From assembly GCF_964194025.1 (NCBI RefSeq), contig NC_134468.1:37138001-37202000 (forward strand): a stretch of DNA of 64,000 nt, written 5' to 3'. The position numbers and the translations under genes were made by a program. Below the pieces are notes generated by a model. That model was given only the letters and a program-made list of their open reading frames with translations. It was not told the origin of the DNA and searched no databases. This stretch comes from Convolutriloba macropyga. Lineage: Eukaryota. Below are positions 38,801-53,800 of the stretch, piece after piece (within the stretch, counting starts at the first letter, position 1; the number at the start of each line of letters is the position of its first letter).

Positions 38801-41800
38801 AGTCGTCACAAATTCAAAAGAGAAGTCAAAGAATATCTATTTCATTTAGCTGAGAAAAATTTTAAATACAAATCGTACCCATATGGATGGACAGTGTTTG
38901 AGGGAAATCAAATTCAAGCCCCGTTAGGGACCTACTAANNNNNNNNNNNNNNNNNNNNNNNNNNNNNNNNNNNNNNNNNNNNNNNNNNNNNNNNNNNNNN
39001 NNNNNNNNNNNNNNNNNNNNNNNNNNNNNNNNNNNNNNNNNNNNNNNNNNNNNNNNNNNNNNNNNNNNNNNNNNNNNNNNNNNNNNNNNNNNNNNNNNNN
39101 NNNNNNNNNNNNNNNNNNNNNNNNNNNNNNNNNNNNNNNNNNNNNNNTACCTCAATGAAAACTTGGAATTTTTATTGACTGCCAGGTATTTTGATTTTGT
39201 TATCTACTTTTGAGTTGCTAAGAAGTGATAAAGCCCACTTTTTTTTTTACTATTTTTTGTCATTTTATTTATTTTATCGTACAGGTCTTCCTTTTGGTTC
39301 TAAACTTAGTCTCGTTGCATGAAACTGAAAAAATTTTTCAATTGGAAGGAGAGAAAACAAATCTATTTTCTGTTGCGAAAGACCTGATGAGGCATCGCAT
39401 GCAAAGGGCTTTCCACTACCAATAGATATTGCCTGCATTTTTTTCACCTGGGTGTGGCTAAAAGCGCTGATCTGAGTACCATCAATACAAACAAGATGTG
39501 CCAATTTTCATCGACAGCACAACAGAATGTTTTGTATAGTAGTGAATAATATGGACTACGTCCCGTTATTTCAAGTTCTCAAATTTTGCCAACCTACCGA
39601 CGTAAAATTTTATCGAGCGAAAACCAGCGATATCGCTCCTGGGGACGACAGGACCTCTATAAAGTACTTCTAGCATGAATGTGTTTCACATCGAAGGCCA
39701 TGAGCGATATCATTAGAAAGTCAATCCATTACAGGGACATTTGTTTTTTGCTTTTTTAAAGGTTTTTTACGTTTGTTTTTTGAAGGTTTTTTACGTTTGT
39801 TGTTTTTTCGATTCTCTACCAGGAGTTCTTTGTGTTTGTGGATTGTTTGTAGTATGCTTGTTTCCGGATCTTAGTTCTATCGGTCATTAGACCGCTTTTC
39901 GCGCGATAATTTATTGTCCACTAGTATTTTAAGTTCACTTTTTGTTATCTGGAAGTTGCTGTTCTTTTGTTTTTTAAATTTTTTGTTCACATTAATGTAT
40001 TTTGTCACATATAATCAATCGATCAATTCACAAAGGCGTGCTCCACTTTATAAAGAAGAATCAGAAATCGATGTCAATAGTTTTTGACCTATTTTGCTTT
40101 GGAGTAAAATATTTGAACGAGTGATGTACACTCGAATGCAACAATATCTTGAAGATTTCTCGTTGTTATACAAAAAGCAGTTCGGTTTGCCATCTAAACC
40201 TTGTACAATTGATGCGTTGGTGGAATTGACTGAGAAGATAAGGACTTCGGTTGAGATAGCGATCAGTTTTTTTTTGATTTAAGAAAACCTTTTGACACTG
40301 AACCTTGATATTATGGATAAATTAGAAAATTATAATTTTTGAGGAAATTGCTAAAAGTGGTTGGACTTATATCTGAAAAAGAGCCCGCACAGTGTTGAAA
40401 CAATTGGCTTCTCTTCTGTGGGGAAGACCTTTTTGGTATCCCACAAGGCTCGGTAATAGGTCCTCTGCTATTTCTAATATTTATAAATGATTCGCCTCGT
40501 GCATTTAGCACGTCGGATGTTCTTCGTTGATGAGACAAGACCCCCAAATCTAATTCTAAAGTCAGCGACGTCCAACATGATCTGTTAGCCATATATAATT
40601 GGCTTAATGCACATAAATTTTATCGTAATTTGAGGAAAGCAATGAATATAGGAAAGCGTGTCTGCAATTATTTTTCAAGTTAAATGGTGGCGACGTTAAA
40701 ATTAAACCACCGTGCAAGTACCTCGATATTCTTGTTGACAACAAACTTTCATATCAAGGTTACGATTATTCTTTTAAATTGCGACCAGAAACGCAGTGCG
40801 GTGTGATATCGAAATTAGGGTACTATGTCCCACAAAGCTAGCTTCTAATTTATTTTTTTCTGTGACATTGAACTTTTTATTCAGTATAGTCTGCTTGTGT
40901 ACGGTCATTGTAGCTATTTTCTGTTGATGCTATCGGCGTTTTGTTTAAAAAAATTTCTCAAACTTTTGTTCCGTAAAACGCAGGATAATTGTTGCGACCT
41001 TTTCGAATACACTAACTTATTATCAATTGTTCAAATTTGTCTATGATCATTTATAAGTGTGCCAAAATAAGATCACCCAAATTAGTTGATTGTTTTTAAG
41101 AATACAAGAGAAATCAGTCTGAACAGTTTGCCAGACGCAAATTTTAACGCAATTTTGTTAAATATTCTGCAGGTGTTTTTTTTAAATTTATTAATTGCTA
41201 ATATCCTGAAAGTTTTGCAATATTCAATTTGTGTAAGTTAAAGATGTTTGATCATAGTGTTTAGTATTTTGAAATTTTTGTAAATGGAGATTTCTTTAAG
41301 CTTATTTTTCGCTTTTATTTTAAAAAATTTTTGTGATGTTGTTAATGTTTTACTGATATTTCTCCCAGTAATTTGAAGCACTAACACAGTTAGCTCTTAA
41401 TTCGCAGAGAGTTTTGTTTCCATTTACTTCTGCATATAAACACATGCAGTTAATCTCTATACTTTTTTCTGGTGCCCTCTGTTGAATCTGTGTAACTCAT
41501 TGAAAAGTTATGTATCCTTTAGCTTCGAACGTTTGTTTGCCGTTCCTGTGTGGCCAGTGAGGTGCATGCTGCCATTATTGGTTGCAGAAATTTTTAAACT
41601 GTACCTTGCACAAGGTGCTAGATTGTTCCAGATTTTTAAAATTATTTTGCGTAAGTTTTTTTTGTGCTTTTAGTCATATCAGTTTAATATCAGTTTCCTA
41701 AGTGCCTAGCAAACTACCAACCATGCTATTTTCATTCAATTGTTGCTGATTGTCTGCGACACAACTCTGAGTTTTGAATCAATTTTGGGATTTTTATTAT

Positions 41801-44800
41801 TCAGTTGTAATTATTTCGTCTCAAGTTTTTTGCGTGATTTTTAAATTTTGATTTACTATTTCAATTTGAAGTTTTTATTGAGTATTGAGTTCAAGAGTAA
41901 ATGGGTCACGCTTGAAGCAGAACGTAAGACCCCGTTCACTGTCCCTCCCGAGAATCAATGCTTCTTAGATCTTGCCTTATGTCATTATTTTGTTTTTTTC
42001 AAAGGACAATTTTATTTCTCAATTTTATGCTTCAGAATATAGCTTTTCTTTGACTTGTTTTCGGGCAACTGTTGCAATTGGCAAATTAGGACACTCAGTC
42101 TAAGTTTTTGCTTTGCTAAGCTCAAATATCTTCCGTTTTTTGCTGTAATCTTTTTAAAGAGGGTTTTAGACCAGTTTTTAGAATACACAATATGTACCCG
42201 GCCGTGTAAGATTTTTTCTTTTTTTTCACCTATGGCTTTGACGATACTTTCATAAGCTCTAAATTGAAACTGAAACAGTATTGAAGGCACGACAGTTGGC
42301 ATTTGATGGTTGCTGGTATTATAAAGCCAAGAATTTTTCGCTGGGAACAGATAATCGATGCAGAAAAGCTCAACAATGTTTTTTCTGTTTCTGAAACATT
42401 TTTCAAGAAATTCTGAAAATAATTTTTTCTGGTTCTGATCATACAGTCATTCAACTTGTACCCAGTATTTGTTTTCCGCAATCAGAACTTGATCTTTGAG
42501 CGAATGTTTAATTGGTATTAAAGAGAAAATGATTGTGATTGTACGAGTTAAGTTCCCATGTTCTAAGTTTTTCAGGTATGCTAAAAGTTATTAAGTTCCA
42601 GTTTGGATACTGTAAAATGTTGCGAAACTTTGGCTTTGAATTTTGTTACATGTTTTTTGGAGCTATTTTTTTTCTATTACTTGTATGAAAAACTTTTGGA
42701 TGTTCAGATCTCCATTAGTATTGCAAAACAAAATGTAAGATTCGACGTCTATGTGGTCTTACGATAGATTTTTTTAATGTGCTGTAATAATGTGACTCAG
42801 CATATTGTTGCATGAATTGAGAGTATAATATGATCGGCACACGCATAACGCATATTCACCAACCGTTTTTCCTCATATGGTGATTCATCTACATCTTTTG
42901 ACCCCGATTCATATGCTCCCTTTTTTAACGTCATATCTCTCCGCTCCTCTATCATTTCACTCCAAAACCCTTTCCTGAAACTTTTCGTATCTCTATTTTT
43001 GAGTATGAATCCCTTAACTCTTTAGCCAAATCCGACATATTCCTTATATTGAATGTTAATTGTATCAATTTTATGAGGAAATAAAATCGGGGTAATATGA
43101 TCGAGGTTAATTGTTAGGGGTTGAAACTAATAGAGGCGGAAAGGCGGAACCGTTTGGATAGTACTGTAAGTTTTGGCCCTATTTGTGCAGGCAAATCCCC
43201 GAAGGACAGGGTTGGGTGTTGGATGATTTTCCTCTGAACTTGGAGCAGGCTCAACAATTTGAAAAGTTCCTCACTGGCTACGATGAGAAAGCAGCCGCAC
43301 TTCAAGAAGAAATGGTGAGCGAATGGGGAAATTTATATATTAAGAGCAATTAAAGATGAAGATGAATAATTTTCGCCCCAACAAGGAAAAGGTTTGCACA
43401 TAAAGTTCCGACCCCGCTCATCTACATTTTTCACTTAGTTGTCTACCAAATGAGGAAGAGATAAAATAAATGACATCAGCATATCGTGCAACAAATTACA
43501 AAAAGGATAAAACAATCTACCTTAGAGGGCCGATGAGACCTGTGACTACCATAATTTGACTACCAGAAACGACGGCGATAAAAAAAACAAATAATTACAA
43601 ATATTAATTACGACCAAAACTCGTTGTCCATTTTGTGGAAATCATTAATAACCAAATAAAAATGGCATCAGATAAAATTTATACTAAAGAAGATTAAACT
43701 TCATTAGAGAAACTACATGAGACTTTTCCTCAATGCGACTGGGTAACAAGTCGACAAGAAATGAGCAAAAGGGCCAAGTTAAATAAAATGCTGCTTCTTT
43801 TTTGAAAAGAATTAATGTCAAACTGATTAGAAACCTTATGCGTCAAATAAAATCTTTGAGAGATTCGTTTATACATCCATAAAGAGCGATTGAGACCTTT
43901 CATTGTACAGGATAATTCATGTTACTACCAAAAGAACAAAAATCACAGGCAAAAGGAAAAAAAATGCACGAAAAAATGTGCACGAAAACGATGTCCCAGC
44001 CAATTAAACATTGAGCTGTTCACTACAAACATTAAAAAATTTTGATTGCGTTTTTTAAGTGACCAAAGGACAGCCCATTGTTGTTATACTGTGAAAAGAA
44101 AATAAAACCTATAAAGATGGGCGAGTATGCAAAAAGCACGAAAATTTTGTGAAAACTGGTTGTACCAAGAACAAAGACCATCTGAGAGAAATGAAACCCT
44201 TATAAAGAGCAATTTGTGGTTTAAGAGATGAGGGATGCTACGTGTCTGTCGAGTTACTAAGCTACATGTTAACAGAAATATGGTAGGCAAATCTCAGAAA
44301 TCCCTTGTCTTTTTTAAAAAAAACAAATGATTTCAAAATTCGTAGCCAACGCAAGTTTTCGACTAGAAGAGTGGACAGTTTTTCTTGCAACTTCTTCGAA
44401 AACTAATGGCGCCTGTTTTTAGTGAGACTAAGTAGTAAGACTATAAAATAACAATAAATACAAGCATAACTAAACAATTCTACTAACAACTTTATGAAAC
44501 CACAGTGTTGAAGCCATTTAATTTATAAAATATTAACCGCAAGAAAATTAAATCTCCAATTGCGCCTCCTTTGAACATCATGAAGTCGTTTTTCGTTTTG
44601 TAAAACAACTATCTCAAAATGACAGCGAAAAACCCCACAAAATTTGAAAGTATCTAAATTTCACAAAATTCTTCTGAAACAAATGGCCTAAGCACTGAAG
44701 ACATCAGTCAAGGCGTTTGGCAATTGAAGAATTATTGTTTGGTTGAACAAAACTTTAAAGAGATTTCTCAATAATGAGGCTAAGTTACGAAAATGATACA

Positions 44801-47800
44801 ACCTTGTAAAATACGAAAAAAAGTGCAAACAAGAACAAAAAGGGATAAATTGAATCATACTTTTACTTTTTTTCAATCAATTAAATTTGAAAGTCAATAA
44901 AATCATTAGCTATATAAAAATATCAGTTTTTAAGTTCATATACGTAACTATAGTTGGCCACTGAGAACTTTAATTACACAATATTTGCCATACGGCAACA
45001 AGAATTGACTACGAATACATGGCAAAAATAAAAAAAAACTCTACCAAATTCAGCACGATAACTGTGTCGCAGCCCTTCAAACCATGTTAAAAACGGAAAA
45101 TTTGTTTTCAATTACGGTTTTTTAAAGCTTTTTTTTCAGTTAGATTGTTAATTAATGGGACATTTTACCGAAGAAACAAAAATAACAACAAAAATGAGCA
45201 ATTATGCACAAAAATTCCAAAATTTTGTTTGAAAACTCGTAGTACAAAAACCACGAAACCGTTCTTTTCAAGCAATCCGCCACAAAATCAGTTTGTAATC
45301 TATAGGAAAGATTGTTTCACTTGTATTTACTTAGAATAGCCCTAAAGTTGACGGAAATAATATAAAAGAATTGACAAGCTCAAAATCACTGAAATTTCCT
45401 TAAAACTAATACATTCAATGACATAAGATATATGAGGTAACAACCAAATGCTTGGTACAGGTCGCCTTACACCTCTTGATGAAGCCATATGGACCTTTGA
45501 ATTGTTGGAATTTAGTAATCAGAGGGCAAAGAGAATCACAATTGAAGGCAAAACACAAGAATTCAGTTAAAGTTTACTAAAACTCTTCTTCAAAGCCATA
45601 AAAACCATTAGGTTTTCTGAAAACAATTTATATCTACATTCGGCCTCATTTTTACGTAAAGGGGAGTTGTCATTCAAAGAGCAGTGAATAACAAATTTTG
45701 TCAGTAGTTAACCTAAAAAACGAAAACAAATAATTTTGAAAAAAGGCAGCACCAAAAAAAAGTTGAAAAAATTCTGATTGTAAGAATTCATGATGATATC
45801 AAACCTATGCCTGATTTTGCCGCGCTCCCAGAAAACCGCCCAAGTGTTCCAAATTCTTGTGATCTAGACAAGTTATTGAGTGAAATACTTCATGATGCAT
45901 TTTGTATATTTATCGATTATAATTCTTAATTAGAAATATAAATTATAATTCCAGAAGCCTTTTACAGGGCGCCGAGTTTCAACTAGCTTTCTTCTGGAGC
46001 TCAGAGAGATTGTGTCAGCGGTTGCTAGTTCTCCGCTCTCGGCGAACTTAAAAAAAAGTGGAGCAGAAATGCTTATTTTGTCCAATTTTTTGAAGAAAAA
46101 TGTCTGCATTTTGAAAATTTTGTCAAAATTTTTAGCCAAAGAAACTCAAATCGAACCATTCAGCAACGCTCTTCTGTCTCTAGCGGTAACAATTACGCTC
46201 TACCGTTAAAAATTTTATTTTTAAATATTATTAGGCAAAATTGTGCCAAATTTTAGCAAAATTACTGAAAAAGTAAATAAAATCGGCCAAAATTGTCTGA
46301 ACAAAAAAAACCCATTTGAATATATCGTTCCTCCCTCCCCACTAATATGGCGTTCGGAACAAATAGGGTAAAGAATTTCTTTAGGAGAGCTCAATTTTTA
46401 AAATATCAGCTGTCTTAAATTCTGTTTTGGAAAAAAATGGATATATGTCGAGATGTTTTCTGTTCATTGCTTTCCTTCTTGCAGCTTTTTACTAACTGAT
46501 CTTATTTCCAACTTAATATTGTTATATGTTAAATTCGATCATAGAAGCGCTAATCTTGTCACGGGTTCAGTAGGAGCTTAAATATCTTGTGTTAAAGGAG
46601 AAAGCAAGCAAAAAGCCCCGTAGGCCAGAGCTTGTTAACAACCCTAACCCTGCCCCGGAAGCAGCTGCCCCCGAGAGTGGAATTGACCTTCTCCTTCTTT
46701 TGGACATCACAGATGAGGAGGCATTGAGACGTAGCGAGGGCAGAACTGTCGCTCCAGTCAAGGTCAGTGCTCTCCCTTTGCGGTAATCAATCATTCAATG
46801 AGGGGGGGGGGGGCAACAATAGGAAAGACCCCTTTTTTGTGGGTGCAGAATTGCATTTTTTGGTATTCTCAGCTGAGACTTCTTACAAATTTAATGAAAT
46901 TTATGTGGCATATTTTGCAAGCACACGTCAATGACTTCTGAGATCTTTTGCCCCCCCCCCCCCCCCCGCCGGGCAGCTGCCAAACGCAGGATTTGCAATC
47001 TAATGGATCATTGCACATCTTACGGTTGGGGAAAAATAATGGCTATACTCAAAAGTGTTCTGATTGATAGGCTGCTAAAGTGAATGACCCCATTCGATTC
47101 TTACAGAGGAAAGCTTTGTTGCTGAGGTTCAGTCCCTGATCAAGCCGCTCCTAAAAGGGACAGCTACACAAAAGTTATTGTAACAATTATATTAGTCCTA
47201 TTGGTCTACTTGCTCTGTAGTCTTGAAAAAGTAAATGAAGCATTGCTGGATTTTGGGTACCCATTTGTTCGGGCGATGATTTTTATTTTCCCCGAATCCA
47301 AAAATGCATGTTCTACTGTATATTATACTGCGCATATTTATTATGTATGTACTTCATACTAAGGTTGAATGTGCTGCCGCTGAGCTGCTAGTTGAAATGG
47401 TTAAATTATACGGCGTTGGCTGTATAAATGCAGTGCTAGCGTTACGCGTGTACTCTGAAAGCGCTTGTAAGCATTAAATATCTTTCCCTATAGTTAGTGA
47501 ATCAGAGTAATTATTCTCAAATTCGTGTAGAAGACTTAGAATTTGAAAAATAAAATTCCTTATCAAAATAAAAGAACAATTTGCTATGACGCTGGAAAAA
47601 GCTTGATGCCACCCAGGCTCGAACTGGGGACCTTCTGCGTGTTAGGCAGATGTGATAACCACTACACCATGGCACCTTATGTAATGTCAAATGCTGAAGT
47701 TAGACAAAGTAGTTACTCAATGTATTTCAAAATCACAAACCGATAATTTTCTCAAAAATGTCTATCCAAGCAGATCTGAGGAATTTTAACCGGAATCATT

Positions 47801-50800
47801 TATACACCTGGGACAATAGTCCACTTCATTAACACTATCGTCGGCGTAAATCTACATGAGGAGCATATTATGGCAAATGTTACTCAATATTTCTGGAAAA
47901 TATAATTTTAAAGTATAAACTGTAAATTCAAATTTTATAACCATAACAAAGTTGGGTTATACATTTAGTTTTTAAGAATCGGCTTTTCGTCCACCAGCAT
48001 CATAGCCGAAGCGATGGAAACTATTTATTGATGAAGAAAATCAAGTAGCAGCAGATAGCTGATTTGTTAGAGCGGAGGCCTGTAGAGAGTACTGATATCC
48101 TTAGGTCCCTGGTTCGAGTCCGGGTCGGCGGAGTTTTGCAAAATTATTTGATATAATAAATGTTTATACTAGCCCCCCTCCTCCCTCCCTCCCCCCCCCC
48201 TCTCACTCAGCCCAATATAGCCGTTAATTTAGCACACCCCCAAAAATCTAATTTTTCGCGAATTGTAAGAGTGATAATTGCATTTCATTGAAACAAGAGT
48301 GTCTTGGTAGATTGAAGGCACTTTTAGAATAGTTTCCTAATAAAATTTAAAAATCGAGCCCTTAGCGCTAGCAGGAAAGATGCGCTAGCAGAAAAAAATC
48401 AGATTTTCGGGATGAGCGGGGTGTTTTCAGTGCGAGATGAAAATCAACCATAAGAAAAAATTAGTAATGAATTCATTGGGAATGATGTAATGCTGTTTAT
48501 GATGGTAACAATCAGTCTTAATTTGTTTCTTTTCTGGTTATAGGCAGTAGAGTACCACCAGGAGTACAAGCCTCCCCCTGAGGGAGCGGCCACTGGTTTG
48601 TCCGGTCAGGAGAAAGTGGAACAGGTGCAGGATCCCAACTATGACAAGGAACAGATCCAAAAGAGGTGAGAAAAGAGTGTTTGGATCTTTTCCGTTTGCG
48701 GGATTGGGGAGTGGTTAACGGTGGTTCCGTTTCTTTGTGAAGTTAGTGCAAAAAGTAGATATGAAAGAGTTTTCGCTGCTCGAGCATTTTTTTTTTCGGT
48801 TTACGTGCGCTTTTTTTGTTATTGATTATATTTTATCTTTCAAATTTATATCTCTGGCATATATTAGGATACTAAAGGGCTCTTTTAATCCTTTTTGAGA
48901 TTTTGGACAATCATTGGGACATCTTGAAGCTTTTTTTTTATGTGAAATAAGCAGTTTTTCAAACGGGTATTCTGAATATCAGTTTTCTATGAATATTTTT
49001 TTGTTCTGAAATGGGAAATTCGAAAATTCGAGCAAAAATGGCTCCTATACTCACAATGGTTGTCCTTGTTGAGTGTTGAGGGAAAACATAAAATGGGAGT
49101 CTGCTTTTCTTGTTCTTCTTTTTCCTTCCTTTTTTGAGATGTGGAGCATGGTCAGTTGATATTTGAATTGGTCTTCGAGATGTTTCCGGTTGCTGCTGGC
49201 TGTGCTTTTTAGCACACATTTTGCCCTTGACCGTTTTGATTTTTCGAGTGACTTTTATGACTCCGCTTGACCTCTTGATTTTTTTCGTGATCTTAATTGC
49301 TTTCTCCTTCATAAATTTAAGCAGCTTAACTCGGGCGGTAGTTTCCAACTAAAAGTCATATCAAAGACGCTTCGAAAACCATTGGATCATTTTTCTTACT
49401 TCAATATTTATGAGTGGCCTTTATAAGATTAATGGCATCATTTGAAGCCCCTTAATAAACCTACCGCTATTACTCCCCCACTCTCGCCTGCAGCAGGCTA
49501 CAATAGAATTGAATTCGAATTTTGGGTAATTTTACTTTGTCCAATGTTTCTGCTCAGAGAATCTTGATTTATGATGTAATGGTTAAGTGACTCTGCTTGA
49601 ACTCACTGAGAACTTCTGGCGTTTAACCAGAACCGCGAACCGGTTCGAGATAATAAGTCAGAATTTCGAAGTGACTTCTGCAGAGTCACTTAACCATGCT
49701 TAAAACACGAAACGCGCACGTTTTAAAATGACGGAAGTCAACTTCTGGCTAAGTAGCAACTTCTGGCATTTTAGCTTCTGGCACTGCAGACTTTCGGCAT
49801 TTTAAAATGTGCACGTGAGCGTTTTAAGGTTTAATCATTGGTATTCAGTTCAAGATCTTGAGGGCGAATGTGCTATTTTTCGATAACTGACTCTTCAATA
49901 ATATTAAAACACTCACGTGCACATTTTAAAATGCCGAAAGTCTGCAGTGCCAGAAGTTAAAATGCCAGAAGTTGCTACTTAGCCAGGAGTTGAATTTCGT
50001 AGACTTTCGTCATTTTAAAACGTGCACGTTTCGTGTTTTAAGCATGGTTGAGTGACTCTGCAGAAGTCACTTGGAAATTCTGACTTAATATCTCGAACCG
50101 CTTCGCGGTTCTCGATAAACTCCAGAAGTTCTCAGTGACTTCAAGCAAAGTCATTTAACCATTACTTCATTTATAACATCAGATAAGATTGCCTCTAGAA
50201 TTCCATATGTTTATTAATAGCCGCCCTCATCTTCTCAGCCGGCTATTATAGCGCTCCTATTTTTTACAATTCAAAGAATTTGAATTGTATTGGGGCGCTG
50301 TCTTTTTTTAAGATCTGTTCACACATTTTCATGATTTTTGAAGTCAAATTGGAGTAGTGATTTTGGTCACGCCGAAACAGGAAGTGGAGCGAAAAAGCGA
50401 GTGAGAAAACGGTGTTTGAACAAAAATTCGGTTTCTCGGTAGTGGTTTTTTGTTCACATGCGGCAACTTCACTCTGATTTTTACTGTTTTTTCGATTTGT
50501 TGGATCGGCTTTTTTCTAAATGGTTTTCCCAATCCATTCACAGCTCATTCTTGATCAACGCCAGCAGTTCTCAGTGACTTCAAGCAGAGACACTTAACCA
50601 TTACTTAAAGACTCCTGCTTGTGATAGAAACAAAGGCGCTCGAGGATGTTCTGCGCTCCTCATTGGGAAAGATCGTGTTAGAAATAGGTCCATTAGTTGA
50701 AACAATTCTCCTGTTTTATAGACTGGTTGGCTTTGAAGACAGCTGGACTGCAATTGAGTCGTGGTATCACAAGTTCAATGTAGTCTACAGTGTTGACGGG

Positions 50801-53800
50801 AACAAGGAGAGGGAAGAAGTGTTCTACGACGTGGACAGACTCGTTCAGGAAATATTCCGAAAGGTATTTCTTGTTCAATTATTAATGCACTATTATACTT
50901 AATGCCATTAACTTAATGTTAGGAAGAATTGAGACAAATTTTTTGACATTTCTGACTTTTTGTGCTTTGTTTACTATGCTTATCAGCTCAAATAGTTTTT
51001 ACGTAAAGAATACACAGAATCAAGGATCTGAATTGCTAATGGAAGCTATTTGATTGTTAAGCAAATTCAAAAGAAAAAGATTTGTATTGGTAGGATGCTG
51101 AACGCAAAGCAAGCCGAAGTAAAAGTAAGCCAAAACCAAGCCGAAATTTATCTGATAGTTATGTAATCTATCAGATATAATACATTGTTAATTGCTCTTG
51201 AACGGAGTTCATAGCAATTATTGTAAACGTGTGTCTTTTTTATGCAAAATATTTTACTTGACGGTTTTTGACTTTTCGAGTGACTTTTACGCCCTTGACT
51301 TTTTGCGTTTCGCGTGATCTCTCTCAATCACAATTTCAAGCAGCTGAACTCAATTGGCAGCAATCTAATGCTAAAAGTCAAATGAAAATTGCGCCGAAGC
51401 TGGTGCCGTTTTTCACTTTAAATTTCAATAGTGGTATATTTTAACCTCTAATGTTGTTATTTGAAGCCCACTATTGAATTTTTTAGTCCCATTTAAGTCC
51501 CCTCCCCCTACTGAACCAAGCTGCAATTGATTAGAGCTCCCACTAGTCGTTCGAGAGCAATTCTTCCGACGTTTAGTCGGTTATGTTTAACCGGTAAAAT
51601 CAACACTGCGCATAGCATTATAGCGCATAATGTATTCCAATGCAACAACGAATCAAAACTGCATCAATTTTTAGACATCTAGTGGGTACGGGCCTCAGCG
51701 GACCGCTGTCCATGGCCGTGCCTCTCATCTGCTTTGGGATGTAATCCGGAAACCGCGGGATGGTTATCGCGGCGAAGCGCGCCCACCGGCCTGCCAGGGG
51801 CAACTTAAAATACGGGTATCCCAAAATTTTTCGGCTTACTTAACCTCATTTTTGCTGGCGTGACCACCACCTGCAGGCTAAAACGTAGCAATTTTGTGGT
51901 TAAAAATGTAAGTACACAATTTTCTTTTTTTTATTTGGAGATATTTTTGATCAGATTTTTTGCGTTCCAACGATTTTTTTTTACTTCTGAATTTGAGATT
52001 GTGGGTAGGTTATATATATCGGCAACAGTTTTGGAGCACCGTCAGTTATTTACTTTACTTCAACTCGAAATTTGTTCAAGAGTTATCTTGGATTAAACTG
52101 TTGCAAACAGAATATTTTGTTTTATAGGGCATTGTCGAATGCAATAAAATGTTTCTATTTGTTCCGACCCCAGTTGTGGGGAGAAACTATATACTCAAAT
52201 AGGTTTTTTGTTCAGACAATTTTGGCTGATCGATATATTCATCGTAGAGAAATGTGAGTGGTGTTTTTGAAAAGCTCGTCCAGCGTAAAATTCGAAACGA
52301 AAGATTTTTTTGAATTTTGCCTTTTTCGAGGATTTATCGAGGATCGAAAATTTTTGTGAGCACCGATATTTTACATGATTTTGTTCACTTTGTGTAATTT
52401 TTCTATTTTTATACATTTTTTAAAAATATTGATTCAAAATTACATTCCACGCTACAAAAAGAAATAATTTTGAGTTCCTAATACACGAAAGGCGATAAAA
52501 AGACCAGTTCTGGTCTCACGGGTAAGTTTACTATAAAAAAATTCGAATACTATTTGAGAGCTCTTGTTTTAGAAAAAGTTTCATATTTTTTTGTTTCTTT
52601 TATGTAACCTAGAGACCAGAGGTTTATACCGGGGTTCTGTTATTTAATGACAAACCGGATTTACAGTCTAATGAAGCACAATGAACAAAAAGTTTGTTTT
52701 CAAGGAATCTCTCGTGTATTTGTTTGGCTTCGAATCGGAATTTTTGTAATTATAAATGAAATTTTGATGATCTTTTTGAGTTTTCACTAAATTTTTAGAG
52801 TTCTATGTTATCGAATTGTAGACTAAAATTGCAATAGTTTTCTTAATGAGCTTTAAGTGAACCTATCTAGATTTTTGAGTGGACAGCTAATGGCTGTTAA
52901 GACTTTAAAAATGATTTTTCGAGAAAATTTTTTCAACATTAAGCGACGATCAAAAACTTATTTTCGTGAATTGTAAGTCGGTCTCAGTAATAACAGGACC
53001 CTCTTCCTTTCTACTGCAATCAAAAGTAATATGATTAGCGGTTTAATCTTCTTAAGATTTGTTATATGACATCAATGTAGCAAGATTTTTCAAAATTAAA
53101 AAAAAATCGGATATTTTCGTATTATTGACCCCTCTTGAAATCTTATCACATTATCTTAACATTGATATCTCCCATTGGCTTAGAGAAACTGCTGAATGGA
53201 TCTTTGAGAAGTTTTCAGAGAAACACTTATGGTTTAAATGGCTTCGACAATTTCTTCACGCACTTTTCCACTGAATTTTTGTTTTTTGCCTGCATTTGTT
53301 GTTGTTTCCTTAGTCTTAAGACTGATTGTTATGTCTTTTTGATTCCCAGTGTATGGAAAACATCCTGGTTCTCTTATCGAGGCATAATAGAGCCTATTTG
53401 AGTACTTAGAGAGCCTATTAGAGAGCCTATTTGAGTACATAGTAGAGCCGTTGAAAGTTATTAAACTTAATGCCATTTAAGACCTTGAAATTAATTTTTT
53501 GAATTTTTTTTAACATTAATCCATCTTAAACTTATTTTCGCGAACTGTAAATCAGTCCCAGTAATGACAGTCATGTTATTCTGATATTGATGGCTCCCAT
53601 TGGCTTACAGAAGACGTTCAATTGATCATAGAGAAATTTTTCAGAGAAAAACATTTGTCTTAAATGTCTTCGACACTTTCTTCTTGCACCATTCTACAGA
53701 ATTTTTGGTTTTCGCCTATATTTGTTGTTTTCATGGTCATAAGACTTATTGTGATTAATGTGATTAGAGCTTATTGATTACCTATGCTTGCGAAATTGCT

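Noticed and set aside
38862-39155. 97-aa ORF
   Set aside because: Artefact of translating through the N gap
43400-45950. Possible minus-strand LINE RT remnant (YADV-like motif)
   Set aside because: No coherent RT motif series; the region is bounded by, and internally similar to, the Helentron-like family
47543-47746. 67-aa ORF (MPPRLELGTF..)
   Set aside because: Antisense shadow of the tRNA-Val gene
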